DNA from: an uncultured Chloroflexia bacterium
GTDB taxonomy: Bacteria; Chloroflexota; Limnocylindria; Limnocylindrales; CSP1-4
Direction: 5' to 3'
DNA: 64,000 bases
NCBI GenBank assembly: GCA_963739885.1
Contig: CAVUCC010000003.1
Location: 9,580-73,579, forward strand
The translations under genes were made by a program, and so were the position numbers. Within the stretch, counting starts at the first letter, position 1. Each line of letters starts with the position of its first letter. Below are positions 1 through 9,118 of the stretch, piece after piece. The notes beneath the pieces are model-generated. The model was not told where the DNA came from and searched no databases. It saw nothing but the letters and a program-made list of their open reading frames with translations.

Positions 1-65
1 ATCGCACGGCGCATCGCGTCGGTGGGGTGCGTGACGGTGTCTGAGCGAAGGTCGATCGGAGGCAT
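1..65 (-). CDS. L-threonine aldolase / beta-eliminating lyase family protein, first 21 codons only (gene runs off the left edge)
   Basis: The reverse complement of 1-65 reads ATG CCT CCG ATC GAC CTT CGC TCA GAC ACC GTC ACG CAC CCC ACC GAC GCG ATG CGC CGT GCG = MPPIDLRSDTVTHPTDAMRRA. The DLRSDTVT-P opening is the usual N-terminus of low-specificity threonine aldolases. The fragment is too short to appear in the ORF track. Confidence 0.5.
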   Translation of the reverse strand, partial: MPPIDLRSDTVTHPTDAMRRA

Positions 66-164
66 GGCCCGGCGAGCATAGCGTGGGTCCATGAGGCAGG
101 CCGCCAACGGCGGCAGGTGCGGCTCACGACGAGCGCGCCGCTGGCGGCCGAAGGGGTCGCCTGC

Positions 165-170
165 TATGAT
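165..170 (+). promoter_or_regulatory. Possible -10 element (TATGAT) for tRNA-Asp
   Basis: A TATGAT hexamer lies 14 nt upstream of the mature tRNA 5' end. Only a weak -35 (TGGCGG) sits 17 nt upstream. This is a pattern match only. Confidence 0.25.
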
Positions 171-184
171 CCGCCACCGACCGC

Positions 185-261
185 GGACCCGTGGTGTAGC
201 GGCCCAACATGCCAGCCTGTCACGCTGGAGATCGCCGGTTCGAATCCGGTCGGGTCCGCCA
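185..261 (+). tRNA. tRNA-Asp (anticodon GTC), CCA encoded
   Basis: Cloverleaf folded by hand. Acceptor GGACCCG (185-191) pairs with CGGGTCC (251-257). D-arm is GTGT/ACAT. Anticodon stem CCAGC (212-216) pairs with GCTGG (224-228), with loop CTGTCAC and anticodon GTC at 219-221. T-arm is GCCGG-TTCGAAT-CCGGT. Discriminator is G258, followed by CCA at 259-261. Confidence 0.93.
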
Positions 262-430
262 TCAACAAACCCGATTCTTCCTACGCCCCGTCCGCCCGCC
301 CGGACGGGGCGTTCCTCTGCCCGCGTGTCTTCCCCTGAGCCTGCACACGGCGACCTCCGGATGGCGCGGATTCAGCGTGAAGGCCGGCAGCAGGGCGACC
401 CCGAGGCCGCGTGTCGGCTACCCTGCGCGC

Positions 431-2185
431 GTGAGCGTACGCGATCCCGCCTACGATCCCCGGCGCCGCACCGAGAGCGGGGCTCCGTCCGGCGCGCCTC
501 CGGCAGGTCCGCGCTCCCGGGCGCAGCGCTTCCTGCCCGGGACGGCCCTGGTCGGGCTCGTGCTGATCGTCCTGCTGGCAATCACCGCTGGACTGCTCGG
601 CGCCGGTGGTGCCGCTCCGACCCCGCCGGCAGCCGGACCTGTCGCGCTCGCGACCGAGGCTCCGCCGTCATCCCCGGACGCCGGTGGTTCTGCCGCGACC
701 CCCACGGGCGAGCCCGGTGCGAGCGGCCCGAATGCTTCCACCCAGACCCCGATCGACGCCCCGACCACGGCGACGGACGTCGCGATCGTGCCGGTCGTCA
801 ACTTCCGATCGACGCGCACCTCGATCCGCGCCGCCAACATCGACGCGATCGCGAGCGGCAGCGGCTCGCTCAAAGCGCTGGTGCTGGTCAGGGCGGATGC
901 GGATCCGATCCTGGCCGCGCTCGGGCTGGACCGCGGATCTCTCGGCAAGCGCCTGGTGACCGTCGAAGACGCAGCAGCGCTGGGCTCGTACCTCGCCGCC
1001 CACCGTTCGACGGCGGGCTTCCTGCGTGCGGACCAGGTCGATCCGTCGGTCCGCGCCCTCGCGTGGGGCTCGAAGACACTGTTCGGCGAGGACCGCGTCG
1101 CAAAGCTTTCGGCCTGGCCGCTCACCGCAAGGCTGGGGGCTCAGGCGAACGCGACGCCAGCGTACGACCCGAAGACCGCGTGGACGCTGGTCGCGGGTGG
1201 CGACATTCTCCTCGACCGTGGCGTCTCGCTCGCGATCGACGCGAGCAAGGGCGGCACGAGCTTCCCGTTCGACGGCGGAACCGCCGACATCACCGGGATC
1301 TGCAGGAATTGCTCGCCGTTCGGCTGGGACACCCCGTATACGAAACGAACCGGGAACGCCGGCGCCGTTCGCCAGCTCGTCAAGGGCGCGGACCTCGCGA
1401 TCGCCAACTTCGAGAACCCGGCTCCCAAGAGCTGGCGGTTCCACGATCACGGGACGGTGTTCTCCGCCGACCCGCGCAACATCGCGGTGCTCAAGTCGGC
1501 CGGCATCGACTGGGTGTCCATGGCCAACAACCACATCGGTGACGCGGGACGGAACGGGATCCTCCAGACGGCCGCCAACCTCGACAAGTACGGCATCGCC
1601 CACTCGGGGGCCGGCGCGAACACGACCCAGGCGCACAAGGCGTCACTGATCAAGGTGGGCGACGTCACGGTCGGGCTCCTGGGCTACGACACGATCGCTG
1701 CCTACTACAAGTCGGGCCCGAGCACCCCCGGCAGCGCCCGGATGACCCTCGCGGCGCTCAAGCGAGATGTGGCCGCTGCGCGCAAGGCAGGCGCCGACGT
1801 CGTGATCGTGTTCCCGCACTGGGGTATCGAATACCAGGCGACGCCGACGGCGCTCCAGGAGAAGCTCGGGCACGCGGCGATCGATGCCGGTGCGGACATG
1901 GTCATCGGCAACCACCCGCACTGGGTGGAGGCGATGGAGGTCTACAAGGGCAAGCCGATCTGGTACGCGCTGGGCAACTTCGTGTTCGATCAGACGTGGT
2001 CGATCCCGACCATGGAGGGAATCACGCTGGAGCTGACCTTCGATGGCACCCGGCTCGTCCAGGCTCGCATCCGCCCGCACCTGATCCTCGGCCGGGCGCA
2101 GCCCAACTTCCTCGACCCGGCGGGCGACGGGAAAGCTGTCATGAGCCAGATGTTCAAGGCGTCGAAGGGGCTGCTCCCCTGGTAG
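431..2185 (+). CDS. CapA family (poly-gamma-glutamate synthesis-type metallophosphatase) membrane-anchored protein
   Basis: The C-terminal ~370 aa carry CapA-family blocks: WTLVAGGDILLDRGV, ANFENPAP, SMANNHIGDAG, HSGAG, VGLLGY, FPHWGIEY, GNHPHW and ALGNFVFDQ. The N-terminus has one TM helix (LVGLVLIVLLAITAGLL) and a Pro/Ala/Thr-rich linker. The ORF-track start (209) lies inside the tRNA, so an in-frame GTG at 431 is used (377 is an alternative). The start is uncertain. Confidence 0.8.
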   Translation: MSVRDPAYDPRRRTESGAPSGAPPAGPRSRAQRFLPGTALVGLVLIVLLAITAGLLGAGGAAPTPPAAGPVALATEAPPSSPDAGGSAATPTGEPGASGPNASTQTPIDAPTTATDVAIVPVVNFRSTRTSIRAANIDAIASGSGSLKALVLVRADADPILAALGLDRGSLGKRLVTVEDAAALGSYLAAHRSTAGFLRADQVDPSVRALAWGSKTLFGEDRVAKLSAWPLTARLGAQANATPAYDPKTAWTLVAGGDILLDRGVSLAIDASKGGTSFPFDGGTADITGICRNCSPFGWDTPYTKRTGNAGAVRQLVKGADLAIANFENPAPKSWRFHDHGTVFSADPRNIAVLKSAGIDWVSMANNHIGDAGRNGILQTAANLDKYGIAHSGAGANTTQAHKASLIKVGDVTVGLLGYDTIAAYYKSGPSTPGSARMTLAALKRDVAAARKAGADVVIVFPHWGIEYQATPTALQEKLGHAAIDAGADMVIGNHPHWVEAMEVYKGKPIWYALGNFVFDQTWSIPTMEGITLELTFDGTRLVQARIRPHLILGRAQPNFLDPAGDGKAVMSQMFKASKGLLPW

Positions 2186-2405
2186 CCCGCCCGTCGTCGC
2201 CCGAAACCCCGTGTCCGCTGGAACGCTGCGGGTTCACTGCAGCGGGTACGGCTGGCTGGTTGGTAGCGAGGCCGTCCGGTTGGAGCGCCGGCCGTTCCGG
2301 ATGGCGTCCAGGGGGCCGGTGCGTTCCGGGGATTCGGGCCGACAACCGCCCGAGTGGACGCTGGGCGATCCACACCCGAGGGTGCCGCAATTGCAGGACG
2401 CTGGG

Positions 2406-3401
2406 TCAGTCGCCCCAGCCGAACGGCCCCGGTGACCGACCCTCGAGGCCCGCGAACAGATCGTCCTCCGAGTCCGGCGCCGGGACCCGCGATTCGCGGC
2501 GGATGTACGCCTCGCGGTTCCAGTACTCCGCCCACGCCTCCTTGCCGAACCGCACGAACGGGTTGTCGTCGGAGATCTGGGTGACGTGTGCCTTGATCGC
2601 CGCCCATCGCTGGTCGAGGACCGATGACACGTCGATCCAGGCGGTGATGGCGTCGTCGGGGACGAGCATGCGCGCCATGGCTGCCTCGAACTCGGCCTGC
2701 TCCTCCGGCGTCGGGTTCTCGGGCGGCGACCAGAACGAGCGCTCGCCCATCGCCTCCAGCCGCTCCTGCATCGCCTGGCGCACGGAGGCCGGGATCGCCT
2801 GCTCGTAGATCTTGGCGGGAGTCCACGGCGCGAGGCCACCGGCGTCCGCCTCCGGACCGGTACCGCCATGCTCGGGTGCGAGCTGGCCCGGGTACCAGGC
2901 AGGCTCACCCGCCCGCTCGAACGCGCCCACGGCCACCACGTGGCTTCGGATGTGATCGGGGTGTCCGTACCCACCGAAGTCGTTGTAGGTGGTCATGACG
3001 TCGGGCTGGAACCGGCGAACCATCCAGGTCGCCCGTCCGATGGCCTCGTCGATGTCCGCCTGCCAGAAACAACGCGGATCCTGGTTGCCGGCGCGGCCCA
3101 TCATGTCCGAGTCGCGATACCCGAGGTTGTCCCACTCGGTGACCCCGAGCGCGCCCATCGCCCGCTCGAGCTCCACCGCCCTCGTCTCGCCCAGGCGTCG
3201 GTGGTTGTCCGGCGTGTCGAGCTCGGGGACGACGATCTCGCCCATCTCGCCGCGGGTGCAGGTGATGAGGACCAGCCGTCTCCCCTCACGGACCGTCTTT
3301 GCCATCGTCCCGCCGGTGCCGATCGTCTCGTCGTCGGGATGGGCATGGACGGTCATCAGGGTGGGGATGTGGGGGGTGGGTTGGGACGTCGACTCGGTCA
3401 T
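2406..3401 (-). CDS. PIG-L/LmbE family deacetylase (mycothiol conjugate amidase Mca / MshB-like)
   Basis: Family motifs MTVHAHPDDETIGTGGT, ITCTRGEMGEI and GGYGHPDHIRSH are present. Three in-frame ATGs are possible starts (3458, 3401 and one just before MTVHAHPDDE). No clear SD, so the start is uncertain. Confidence 0.75.
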   Translation of the reverse strand: MTESTSQPTPHIPTLMTVHAHPDDETIGTGGTMAKTVREGRRLVLITCTRGEMGEIVVPELDTPDNHRRLGETRAVELERAMGALGVTEWDNLGYRDSDMMGRAGNQDPRCFWQADIDEAIGRATWMVRRFQPDVMTTYNDFGGYGHPDHIRSHVVAVGAFERAGEPAWYPGQLAPEHGGTGPEADAGGLAPWTPAKIYEQAIPASVRQAMQERLEAMGERSFWSPPENPTPEEQAEFEAAMARMLVPDDAITAWIDVSSVLDQRWAAIKAHVTQISDDNPFVRFGKEAWAEYWNREAYIRRESRVPAPDSEDDLFAGLEGRSPGPFGWGD

Positions 3402-3632
3402 GGACGAATCGTAGCGCGAGGCGCCGCCGGACCCGGATCCCGATGACGCCATGGTCACGAAGCGTCACGGCGCCGTCACGAAGCCCGGTGATCATTCGCC
3501 GCCCGGAGCTCAGCTCCGCCCTCCATCAAGGACGCGAACGAGGCATCACGTTGATCAGATCGATCCGCTGCCCCTCGATCGCCGCCCCACGAAGCATCGC
3601 TGCGTCGGGCCAGCGGGCTGCTCGGGGCCCTG

Positions 3633-4160
3633 GTGCTCGCCGGTCTGCTGTCGACCATGGTGGTGGTGGGTAGCGTCCTGTTCGTGGTCTCGATCCCGGT
3701 CGGCCGCGTGTCGAGCTACCTGGTGCCGGTGATCGATGGACTGCTGATCGTTCTGGGCGTGCTCCTGCTCGCCGGTCGCAACCCGTTCAATCGGCTGTCC
3801 GGGATGCGTGTGCCGCTGGTCGCCAACCCCTACGGCCAGGCGTACGCGTACGGCGTCATGCTCGGGCCGATCGCGCTGCCGTGCGCGGGCCCGTTCCTCG
3901 CCGCGCTGCTCGCAGTGTCGGTTGGCGTGGGCGATGCCATCGCCCAGATCGGCACGTTCGTCGTGTTCGGGCTGGGATTCGGGCTGCCCCTGGTGCTGCT
4001 ATCGCTGCTCGCGAGCTCCCGCCAGCGCGACGTCGTTCGCGCGGTCGTGTCGCACCGTCGGGTCATCGAGAGTGTGTCGGGCGTGCTGCTGATCGTCGTG
4101 GCGCTCATCGATCTGAGCCAGAGCTGGGACGGGATCCTGTTCACGCTCGGGCTGGGGTAA
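3633..4160 (+). CDS. CcdA/DsbD-type thiol-disulfide transporter-like membrane protein (short form)
   Basis: A multi-TM protein with the CcdA-like motif GPIALPCAGPFLAALL. It is only 175 aa, and the usual first Cys-containing helix is not found upstream in any frame. GTG start. Confidence 0.45.
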   Translation: MLAGLLSTMVVVGSVLFVVSIPVGRVSSYLVPVIDGLLIVLGVLLLAGRNPFNRLSGMRVPLVANPYGQAYAYGVMLGPIALPCAGPFLAALLAVSVGVGDAIAQIGTFVVFGLGFGLPLVLLSLLASSRQRDVVRAVVSHRRVIESVSGVLLIVVALIDLSQSWDGILFTLGLG

Positions 4161-4196
4161 GCCGCGCGGCTGGCCGTCACGCTACCCTGCCAGTCC

Positions 4197-4718
4197 ATGA
4201 CCGATCCTCACGCCGATCCCGACCCCGCCGCTGCCGAGCCGTTCCGCTCGCCGGCGACCGACGCCCTGGAGGCGATCGGGATCCCCTTCCGGCTCGTCCG
4301 GACGAAGGTCGCCCGCCACGCCGAGGAAAGCGCGGCCTTCCAGGGCATCCCGCTCGGCTCGCTGCTCCGAACCATCCTGGTCCGGCGGGCCACCGATGAC
4401 TACGTGTTTGTGCTGGTTCCGGGTGGCCGGCGGTTCGACTGGCCGAAGCTTCGGGCGCTGCTGGGGACCAACCGCCTGAGCCTGCCCGATGCCGAGGAAG
4501 CAAGGGCGATCACCGGCTACGAGCGCGGCGCCATCACGCCGTTCGGGGCGGCCAGGGCGTGGCCGGTCATCGCCGATGCCTCGATCGAACGGCTCGACAT
4601 CGTCGCCATCGGTGGCGGGGCACGCGGCGTCAACGTCCACGTCTCACCGGCGGACCTGGTACGGGCGACCCGGGCACAGGTCACCGACATCACCGTCCTG
4701 GAGCCTGCCGCCGACTGA
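4197..4718 (+). CDS. YbaK/EbsC-type aminoacyl-tRNA deacylase domain protein
   Basis: YbaK-domain pattern: LRTILVRR..DYVFVLVPGGRRFDWPKLRALLG and ITGYERGAITPFG. Confidence 0.7.
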   Translation: MTDPHADPDPAAAEPFRSPATDALEAIGIPFRLVRTKVARHAEESAAFQGIPLGSLLRTILVRRATDDYVFVLVPGGRRFDWPKLRALLGTNRLSLPDAEEARAITGYERGAITPFGAARAWPVIADASIERLDIVAIGGGARGVNVHVSPADLVRATRAQVTDITVLEPAAD

Positions 4719-4741
4719 GATCGCGAGCGATCGGTCCGGCT

Positions 4742-4790
4742 GCGCCGGAGAACGCCGCCCCGCGCCGGAGAACGCCGCCCTGCGCCGCCG
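4742..4790. repeat. Intergenic tandem repeat, 20-bp unit x ~2.5 (GCGCCGGAGAACGCCGCCCY)
   Basis: Copies at 4742-4761 and 4762-4781 differ only at the last base. A partial third copy lies at 4782-4790. The repeat sits between the YbaK stop and the CoA-transferase start. Confidence 0.85.
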
Positions 4791-4813
4791 CTCACCTCGC
4801 TACCATCGGCTCG

Positions 4814-6118
4814 ATGCCCGAATTTGCTGTGCCCGGACCTGGCGTACCCGAACCTGCCGTGCCCGGGCCGCTCGAGGGTCTTCGCGTCGTCGACTGCTCG
4901 ACCGTGCTGGCAGGACCCTTCTGCACGATGCTGCTCGCCGACCTCGGGGCGGACGTGGTCAAGGTCGAGCCACCCGAGGGTGACGGCACGCGGGGCTGGG
5001 GACCGCCGTGGGTGGGATCCGCTGCCGATCGGACGCGGACGGCCGCCTACTACCTCTCTGTCAACCGCAACAAGCGCTCGATCCGGCTCGATCTGCGGAG
5101 CGATCGCGGACGGGGCGTGCTTCGCCGGCTCCTCGCGACCGGTGACGTGTTCGTGGAGAATTTCCGGGTCGGTCGTCTCGAGCGCCTCGGCTTCGGCGAC
5201 GAGGCGCTGACCGCAATCAACCCGGCGCTAGTTCACCTCGCCGTCTCGGGCTTCGGACCCGACGGACCGGATGCGGCCAGCCCCGGCTACGACTTCGTGG
5301 TCCAGGCCGTCGGCGGGCTGATGTCGATCACCGGGGCCACCGACGAGGATGGCGGGCGACCGACCAAGGTGGGGGTGGCGATCAGCGACGTCGTGACCGG
5401 GCTGTTCGGCGCGGTATCGGTGCTCGCGGCCCTGGTCGCACGCGGCCGAACCGGGGCGGCGCACGCGGGCGCCCATGCCGGCGCGAGCGGCCCGGCATTC
5501 GCCGGCGGTCAGCGGATCGATGTATCGCTCCTCGAATCCACCCTGGCCGTGCTGGTGAACCAGGCGCAGAACGCGTTCGTGACCGGGAACGCACCCGGCC
5601 GGCTGGGGAACGCCCACCCCACGATCGTGCCCTACGAGACGTTTCGCACGAGAGATGGCGAGCTGGCACTCGCGGTGGGCAGCGAGCGCCAGTGGCCGCG
5701 GCTGTGCGAGGGCATCGGGCTGCCCGAGCTTGCCGCCGATCCCCGGTTCGCCACCAACGGGGATCGGGTCGAGCGGCGCACCGACCTCCGGCCCATCCTG
5801 GCCGAGCGGTTCCTCACCCGAACCACCGGGGAGTGGCTGGACGTGCTCGGCGCCGCCGAGATCCCCTGCGGACCGATCAACGACGTCGTGGCCGCGTTCG
5901 ACGCCCCGCAGGCCCGGGCGCGCCGGATGGCCGTCGACGTGGACCACCCGGTGATGGGGCCCATCCGCCAGGTCGGGCTGCCATTCGAGCTGTCGGCGAC
6001 ACCAGCCTCGATCCGGACGGCGCCTCCGCTGCTCGGCGAGCACTCCCGGGAGATCCTGGCCGAGCTTGGCTACGACGCCGACGAGACCGAGACGTTGGCG
6101 TCGGCCGGTGTGATCTGA
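4814..6118 (+). CDS. CaiB/BaiF family III CoA-transferase
   Basis: Motifs LEGLRVVDCSTVLAGPFCTMLLADLGADVVKVEPPEGD, YYLSVNRNKRSIRLDL and FVENFRVG. Start taken at the in-frame ATG 4814 (MPEFAVPG...), because the upstream part of ORF 4559.. is Arg-rich nonsense. Confidence 0.85.
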   Translation: MPEFAVPGPGVPEPAVPGPLEGLRVVDCSTVLAGPFCTMLLADLGADVVKVEPPEGDGTRGWGPPWVGSAADRTRTAAYYLSVNRNKRSIRLDLRSDRGRGVLRRLLATGDVFVENFRVGRLERLGFGDEALTAINPALVHLAVSGFGPDGPDAASPGYDFVVQAVGGLMSITGATDEDGGRPTKVGVAISDVVTGLFGAVSVLAALVARGRTGAAHAGAHAGASGPAFAGGQRIDVSLLESTLAVLVNQAQNAFVTGNAPGRLGNAHPTIVPYETFRTRDGELALAVGSERQWPRLCEGIGLPELAADPRFATNGDRVERRTDLRPILAERFLTRTTGEWLDVLGAAEIPCGPINDVVAAFDAPQARARRMAVDVDHPVMGPIRQVGLPFELSATPASIRTAPPLLGEHSREILAELGYDADETETLASAGVI

Positions 6119-6232
6119 CCCGGAGTGGTTGGGGCGCCGGCTCGCCCGGTCGTCGGCGCGACGCGCGGCTGACCGGGCGTCGGCGCGACTCGCGCGATCG
6201 CCCAGCCGCCTGCGCCACGTCCGCGATCGCGA

Positions 6233-7531
6233 TCAGCGGATCTTGTCGAACTTGACCGGATCGTAGATGTCGAGCGCCGCGGAGCCGGTGACCGCCAGCG
6301 TGCCCAGCGCACCCTTGTGCGTCCGGAAGATCGAATGGTCGACGATCACGTACGTGCCCGGCACCTCGACCTTGAACTCGACGCCCACGGCACCGCCGGA
6401 CGAGACCACGGTCGACTGGACGCTGTGGTTCTCCAGGGCGAACGAACCCTCCACGTAGACGGTATCGAAGATCTCGCCGATCACGTGGAAGCTCGATACG
6501 AGGTTGGGGCCGATGTTGCCGACGAACAGTCGGACCCTGTCGCCGGTCTTGATCTCATTGTCGAACGTGCCCAGGGAACGGTCGCCCACGATCGAGTCAG
6601 GACGCCCGTTGAACACGACGAAGGTCGGCCGTTCCTCGTTTCCCAGCTCGGGCGAGAACGTGAGATGGCCGGCGTCGTGCAGCTGCGCATGCGCCTTCTG
6701 CGCCCCGAGCGTCGTGTAGAACTCGCTCTGCATCAGAAAGTACTCGTGATCGACCGCCGACAGCCCGGCCGCCGGCTCGACCACGACCAGCCCGTACATC
6801 CCATGGGAGATGTGCATCGGGATGTCAGGGAAGGCGCAGTGGTAGATGAAGATGCCCGGATGGAGCAGCTTGACCTTGAGCTCGCTCTCGTTGCCGGGCA
6901 GCGTGTCCAGGCTGACCGAGCCCCCTCCGGGGCCGGTCACGGCGTGGAAGTCCACGTTGTGGGGCATCGAGTTACCGGGGTCGTTGCTGAGAAGGAAGTC
7001 GACCGTGTCACCCACCCGGGCCCGGATCATGGGACCCGGGACGCGCCCGTCGAAGGTCCAGAAGTCCATGGTCGTGCCCGGCACCACCGCGGCCACGACC
7101 TCGCGGGTCGTGAAGTGGACTTCGTGATTCATGGGCCCGTTGCGCTTCGTCTGCTTCTGGTACGTCCCGTCCCGATAGAGCGCGAAGTCGGCCGACCGGG
7201 GGAGCTCGCTCGGGTGGCGCGAGATCTCGTCCACGGTGACGGCCTTGGCCGGCTGGCTCGACGGAGCTGCCGGGGTCTGCGACGGGGCGGCCGCCGGCGC
7301 GGCGCTGGCCGGAGCCGCGGTTGGAGTCGAGCCGGCCGCAGCCGGATCTCCGGATCCCGCGGGCTGCGCGTTCGGCCCGAACGTCCACTGGGGTGCGGCC
7401 GCAGGTGCGCAGGCCGCCAGGAGCGCCACACCCGATGCCCCGGCCGCGATGGACGCCCCGCGAAGGAGGTCGCGGCGGCTCAGTCGTCGATCGGTCGGGA
7501 CGGCGAGTGGCTGGCCGTCATGGGCAGACAT
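6233..7531 (-). CDS. nirK: Copper-containing nitrite reductase, Tat-exported lipoprotein form
   Basis: Cu-ligand blocks MPHNVDFHAVTGPGGG and FIYHCAFPDIPMHISHGMYG. The N-terminus has a twin-arginine signal plus lipobox (SRRDLLRGASIAAGASGVALLAACAP), followed by an Ala/Pro-rich linker. GGAGG lies upstream of the ATG. Confidence 0.85.
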   Translation of the reverse strand: MSAHDGQPLAVPTDRRLSRRDLLRGASIAAGASGVALLAACAPAAAPQWTFGPNAQPAGSGDPAAAGSTPTAAPASAAPAAAPSQTPAAPSSQPAKAVTVDEISRHPSELPRSADFALYRDGTYQKQTKRNGPMNHEVHFTTREVVAAVVPGTTMDFWTFDGRVPGPMIRARVGDTVDFLLSNDPGNSMPHNVDFHAVTGPGGGSVSLDTLPGNESELKVKLLHPGIFIYHCAFPDIPMHISHGMYGLVVVEPAAGLSAVDHEYFLMQSEFYTTLGAQKAHAQLHDAGHLTFSPELGNEERPTFVVFNGRPDSIVGDRSLGTFDNEIKTGDRVRLFVGNIGPNLVSSFHVIGEIFDTVYVEGSFALENHSVQSTVVSSGGAVGVEFKVEVPGTYVIVDHSIFRTHKGALGTLAVTGSAALDIYDPVKFDKIR

Positions 7532-7567
7532 CGGGCTCTACCTCCTTGCTGTGCCGGGTGCGCTGTG

Positions 7568-7605
7568 GAAATCATTACTAACTTACTGCATATTAGGACT
7601 GTGAC
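7568..7605. promoter_or_regulatory. AT-rich island in the nirK / nitrilase divergent promoter region (candidate operator/promoter)
   Basis: GAAATCATTACTAACTTACTGCATATTAGGACTGTGAC stands out from the GC-rich surroundings. It contains TTACT-N3-TTACT, and on the nirK strand TAATAT and TAGTAAT -10-like hexamers, about 40-70 nt upstream of the nirK ATG. Confidence 0.3.
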
Positions 7606-7700
7606 GATGTGCCCGTTGTGGCGGGGCCAGGCGGCCTCATCCAGGGCCGTTGGGACCGGCCCAGGCAGACGCACCCTGCGATCGACGGTGCCCCGGTGGG

Positions 7701-8696
7701 ATGATGGGCGCACCTCCAGAGGAGTCGATCTTGGCCCCCGTCAGCCCACTGCGTGCAGCCGTCGTTCAGGCGGCACCTGCCGCCTTCGATACCGAGCGCA
7801 CCGTCGAGCGGGTCGCCGAGCTCGCCGGCCGCGCCGCGGCGAGCGGAGCGGGCATCGTCGTTTTTCCGGAAGCGTTCGTGGGCGGCTACCCGAAGGGAGC
7901 CGACTTCGGCGCGAGGGTTGGGTCGCGCAGCCCGGAGGGCCGCGAATGGTTCCGGCGCTACATGGCCGGCGCCATCGATGTCCCCGGCCCGGTAACGGGC
8001 CAGCTGGGCGCGATCGCACGGTCATCCGGCCTGGTCATGGTGGTGGGGGTCATCGAGCGGGACCGGGAAACCCTCTACTGCACGGCCTTGCTCCTGGGAC
8101 CGGACGGCACCCTGCTGGGCAAGCATCGGAAGGTGATGCCGACGGCGATGGAGCGCCTGATCTGGGGGTTCGGTGACGGATCCACGCTGCGGGTCGTCGA
8201 GACGGCGGTGGGGCGGGTGGGCGCGGTCATCTGCTGGGAGAACTACATGCCGCAGCTGCGGCTGGCGATGTACGGGCAGGGTGTGCAGCTCTATTGCGCC
8301 CCGACGGTGGACGATCGTGAGACCTGGCTCCCGACGATGCGCCACATTGCTCTCGAAGGCCGCTGCTTCGTGCTATCGGCCTGCCAGTTCGCCCGCCGCT
8401 CGGACTATCCGACCGATTACCCGGTCGAGACGGGGGATCCCGATGCCGTGCTGATCGGCGGGGGCAGCTGCATCGTCGACCCCATGGGGCGGGTGCTGGC
8501 CGGTCCGGCACGGGACGGTGAAGCGGTGCTCGTCGCCGACCTCGATCTCGCCGACCTGGATCGGGCGGCGTTCGACCTCGACGTCGTCGGTCACTACGGC
8601 CGACCCGACATCTTCCGGCTCGAAGTCGACACAAGCTCCCGAGCGACCGTGGTGCTCGGGTCTGCGCAATCGGAGGAGACGGAAGCTGACAGCTAG
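7701..8696 (+). CDS. Nitrilase / carbon-nitrogen hydrolase family protein
   Basis: The Glu-Lys-Cys triad is in its usual context: VVFPEAFVGGYPKG, GKHRKVMPTAMERLIWG and AVICWENYMPQLR. Start taken at ATG 7701. Confidence 0.85.
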   Translation: MMGAPPEESILAPVSPLRAAVVQAAPAAFDTERTVERVAELAGRAAASGAGIVVFPEAFVGGYPKGADFGARVGSRSPEGREWFRRYMAGAIDVPGPVTGQLGAIARSSGLVMVVGVIERDRETLYCTALLLGPDGTLLGKHRKVMPTAMERLIWGFGDGSTLRVVETAVGRVGAVICWENYMPQLRLAMYGQGVQLYCAPTVDDRETWLPTMRHIALEGRCFVLSACQFARRSDYPTDYPVETGDPDAVLIGGGSCIVDPMGRVLAGPARDGEAVLVADLDLADLDRAAFDLDVVGHYGRPDIFRLEVDTSSRATVVLGSAQSEETEADS

Positions 8697-9118
8697 CCGC
8701 GCGTGGCCCCGCCGGCGCCGGCGAGGTCCGCCAGCGTCTCCGCCCCCAGGGTGGTGAGCATCGCCTCCTGGCCGCGGAAGAACACATCATGCACGTCGCA
8801 ATGCCCGTCGGAGCCGCACGGGCTGCCTCGCAGCACGCAGGTTCGGCGCCGGCTGTCTCCCTCGACAGCCTCGATCACCTCGAGCAGGTTGATGCTCGCG
8901 GCATCACGCGAGAGCCGGTAGCCACCCGCCCGTCCGGGCGCCGCCTCGACGAGGCCAGCCCGCTGCAGATCGGCGAGCACCTGCGGCAGGAACCGAACGG
9001 GGATCCGCATCGCGTCCGCGATCCGGCGTGCCGACAGCAGGCCGCCGCCAGCTCCGCGGGCGAGGGCCAACATGGCACGGACGGCGTAGTCGCCGCGCTT
9101 GGTGAGCTCGAGACGCAT
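8693..9118 (-). CDS. Rrf2 family transcriptional regulator with three-Cys cluster motif (NsrR/IscR-like)
   Basis: MRLELTKRGDYAVRAMLALA is a typical Rrf2 N-terminal wHTH. The C-terminal CVLRGSPCGSDGHCDVH provides three Cys as in Fe-S-binding Rrf2 proteins. Start at the in-frame ATG 9118; the upstream part of ORF 8693..9361 is not protein-like. Confidence 0.8.
   Translation of the reverse strand: MRLELTKRGDYAVRAMLALARGAGGGLLSARRIADAMRIPVRFLPQVLADLQRAGLVEAAPGRAGGYRLSRDAASINLLEVIEAVEGDSRRRTCVLRGSPCGSDGHCDVHDVFFRGQEAMLTTLGAETLADLAGAGGATRG

Noticed and set aside
91-1542. ORFs 91..1542 and 117..338 overlapping tRNA-Asp
   Set aside because: They run through the tRNA gene and encode Arg-rich nonsense. 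The CapA-family frame explains the region from about 431 onward.
185-2400. tRNA-Asp as anchor of an integrated element
   Set aside because: No integrase, recombinase or phage-like ORF lies next to it. I could not find a direct repeat of the tRNA 3' end downstream by eye.
3451-3732. Upstream ORFs as a missing N-terminus of the CcdA-like gene
   Set aside because: None of the three frames upstream of 3633 gives a hydrophobic Cys-containing helix, so I could not reconstruct a frameshifted N-terminus. The gene is left as a short form with low confidence.
6317-8176. 619-aa ORF on the plus strand
   Set aside because: It is antisense to nirK and out of frame with the nitrilase. The conserved Cu-ligand and Glu-Lys-Cys motifs are in the other frames.
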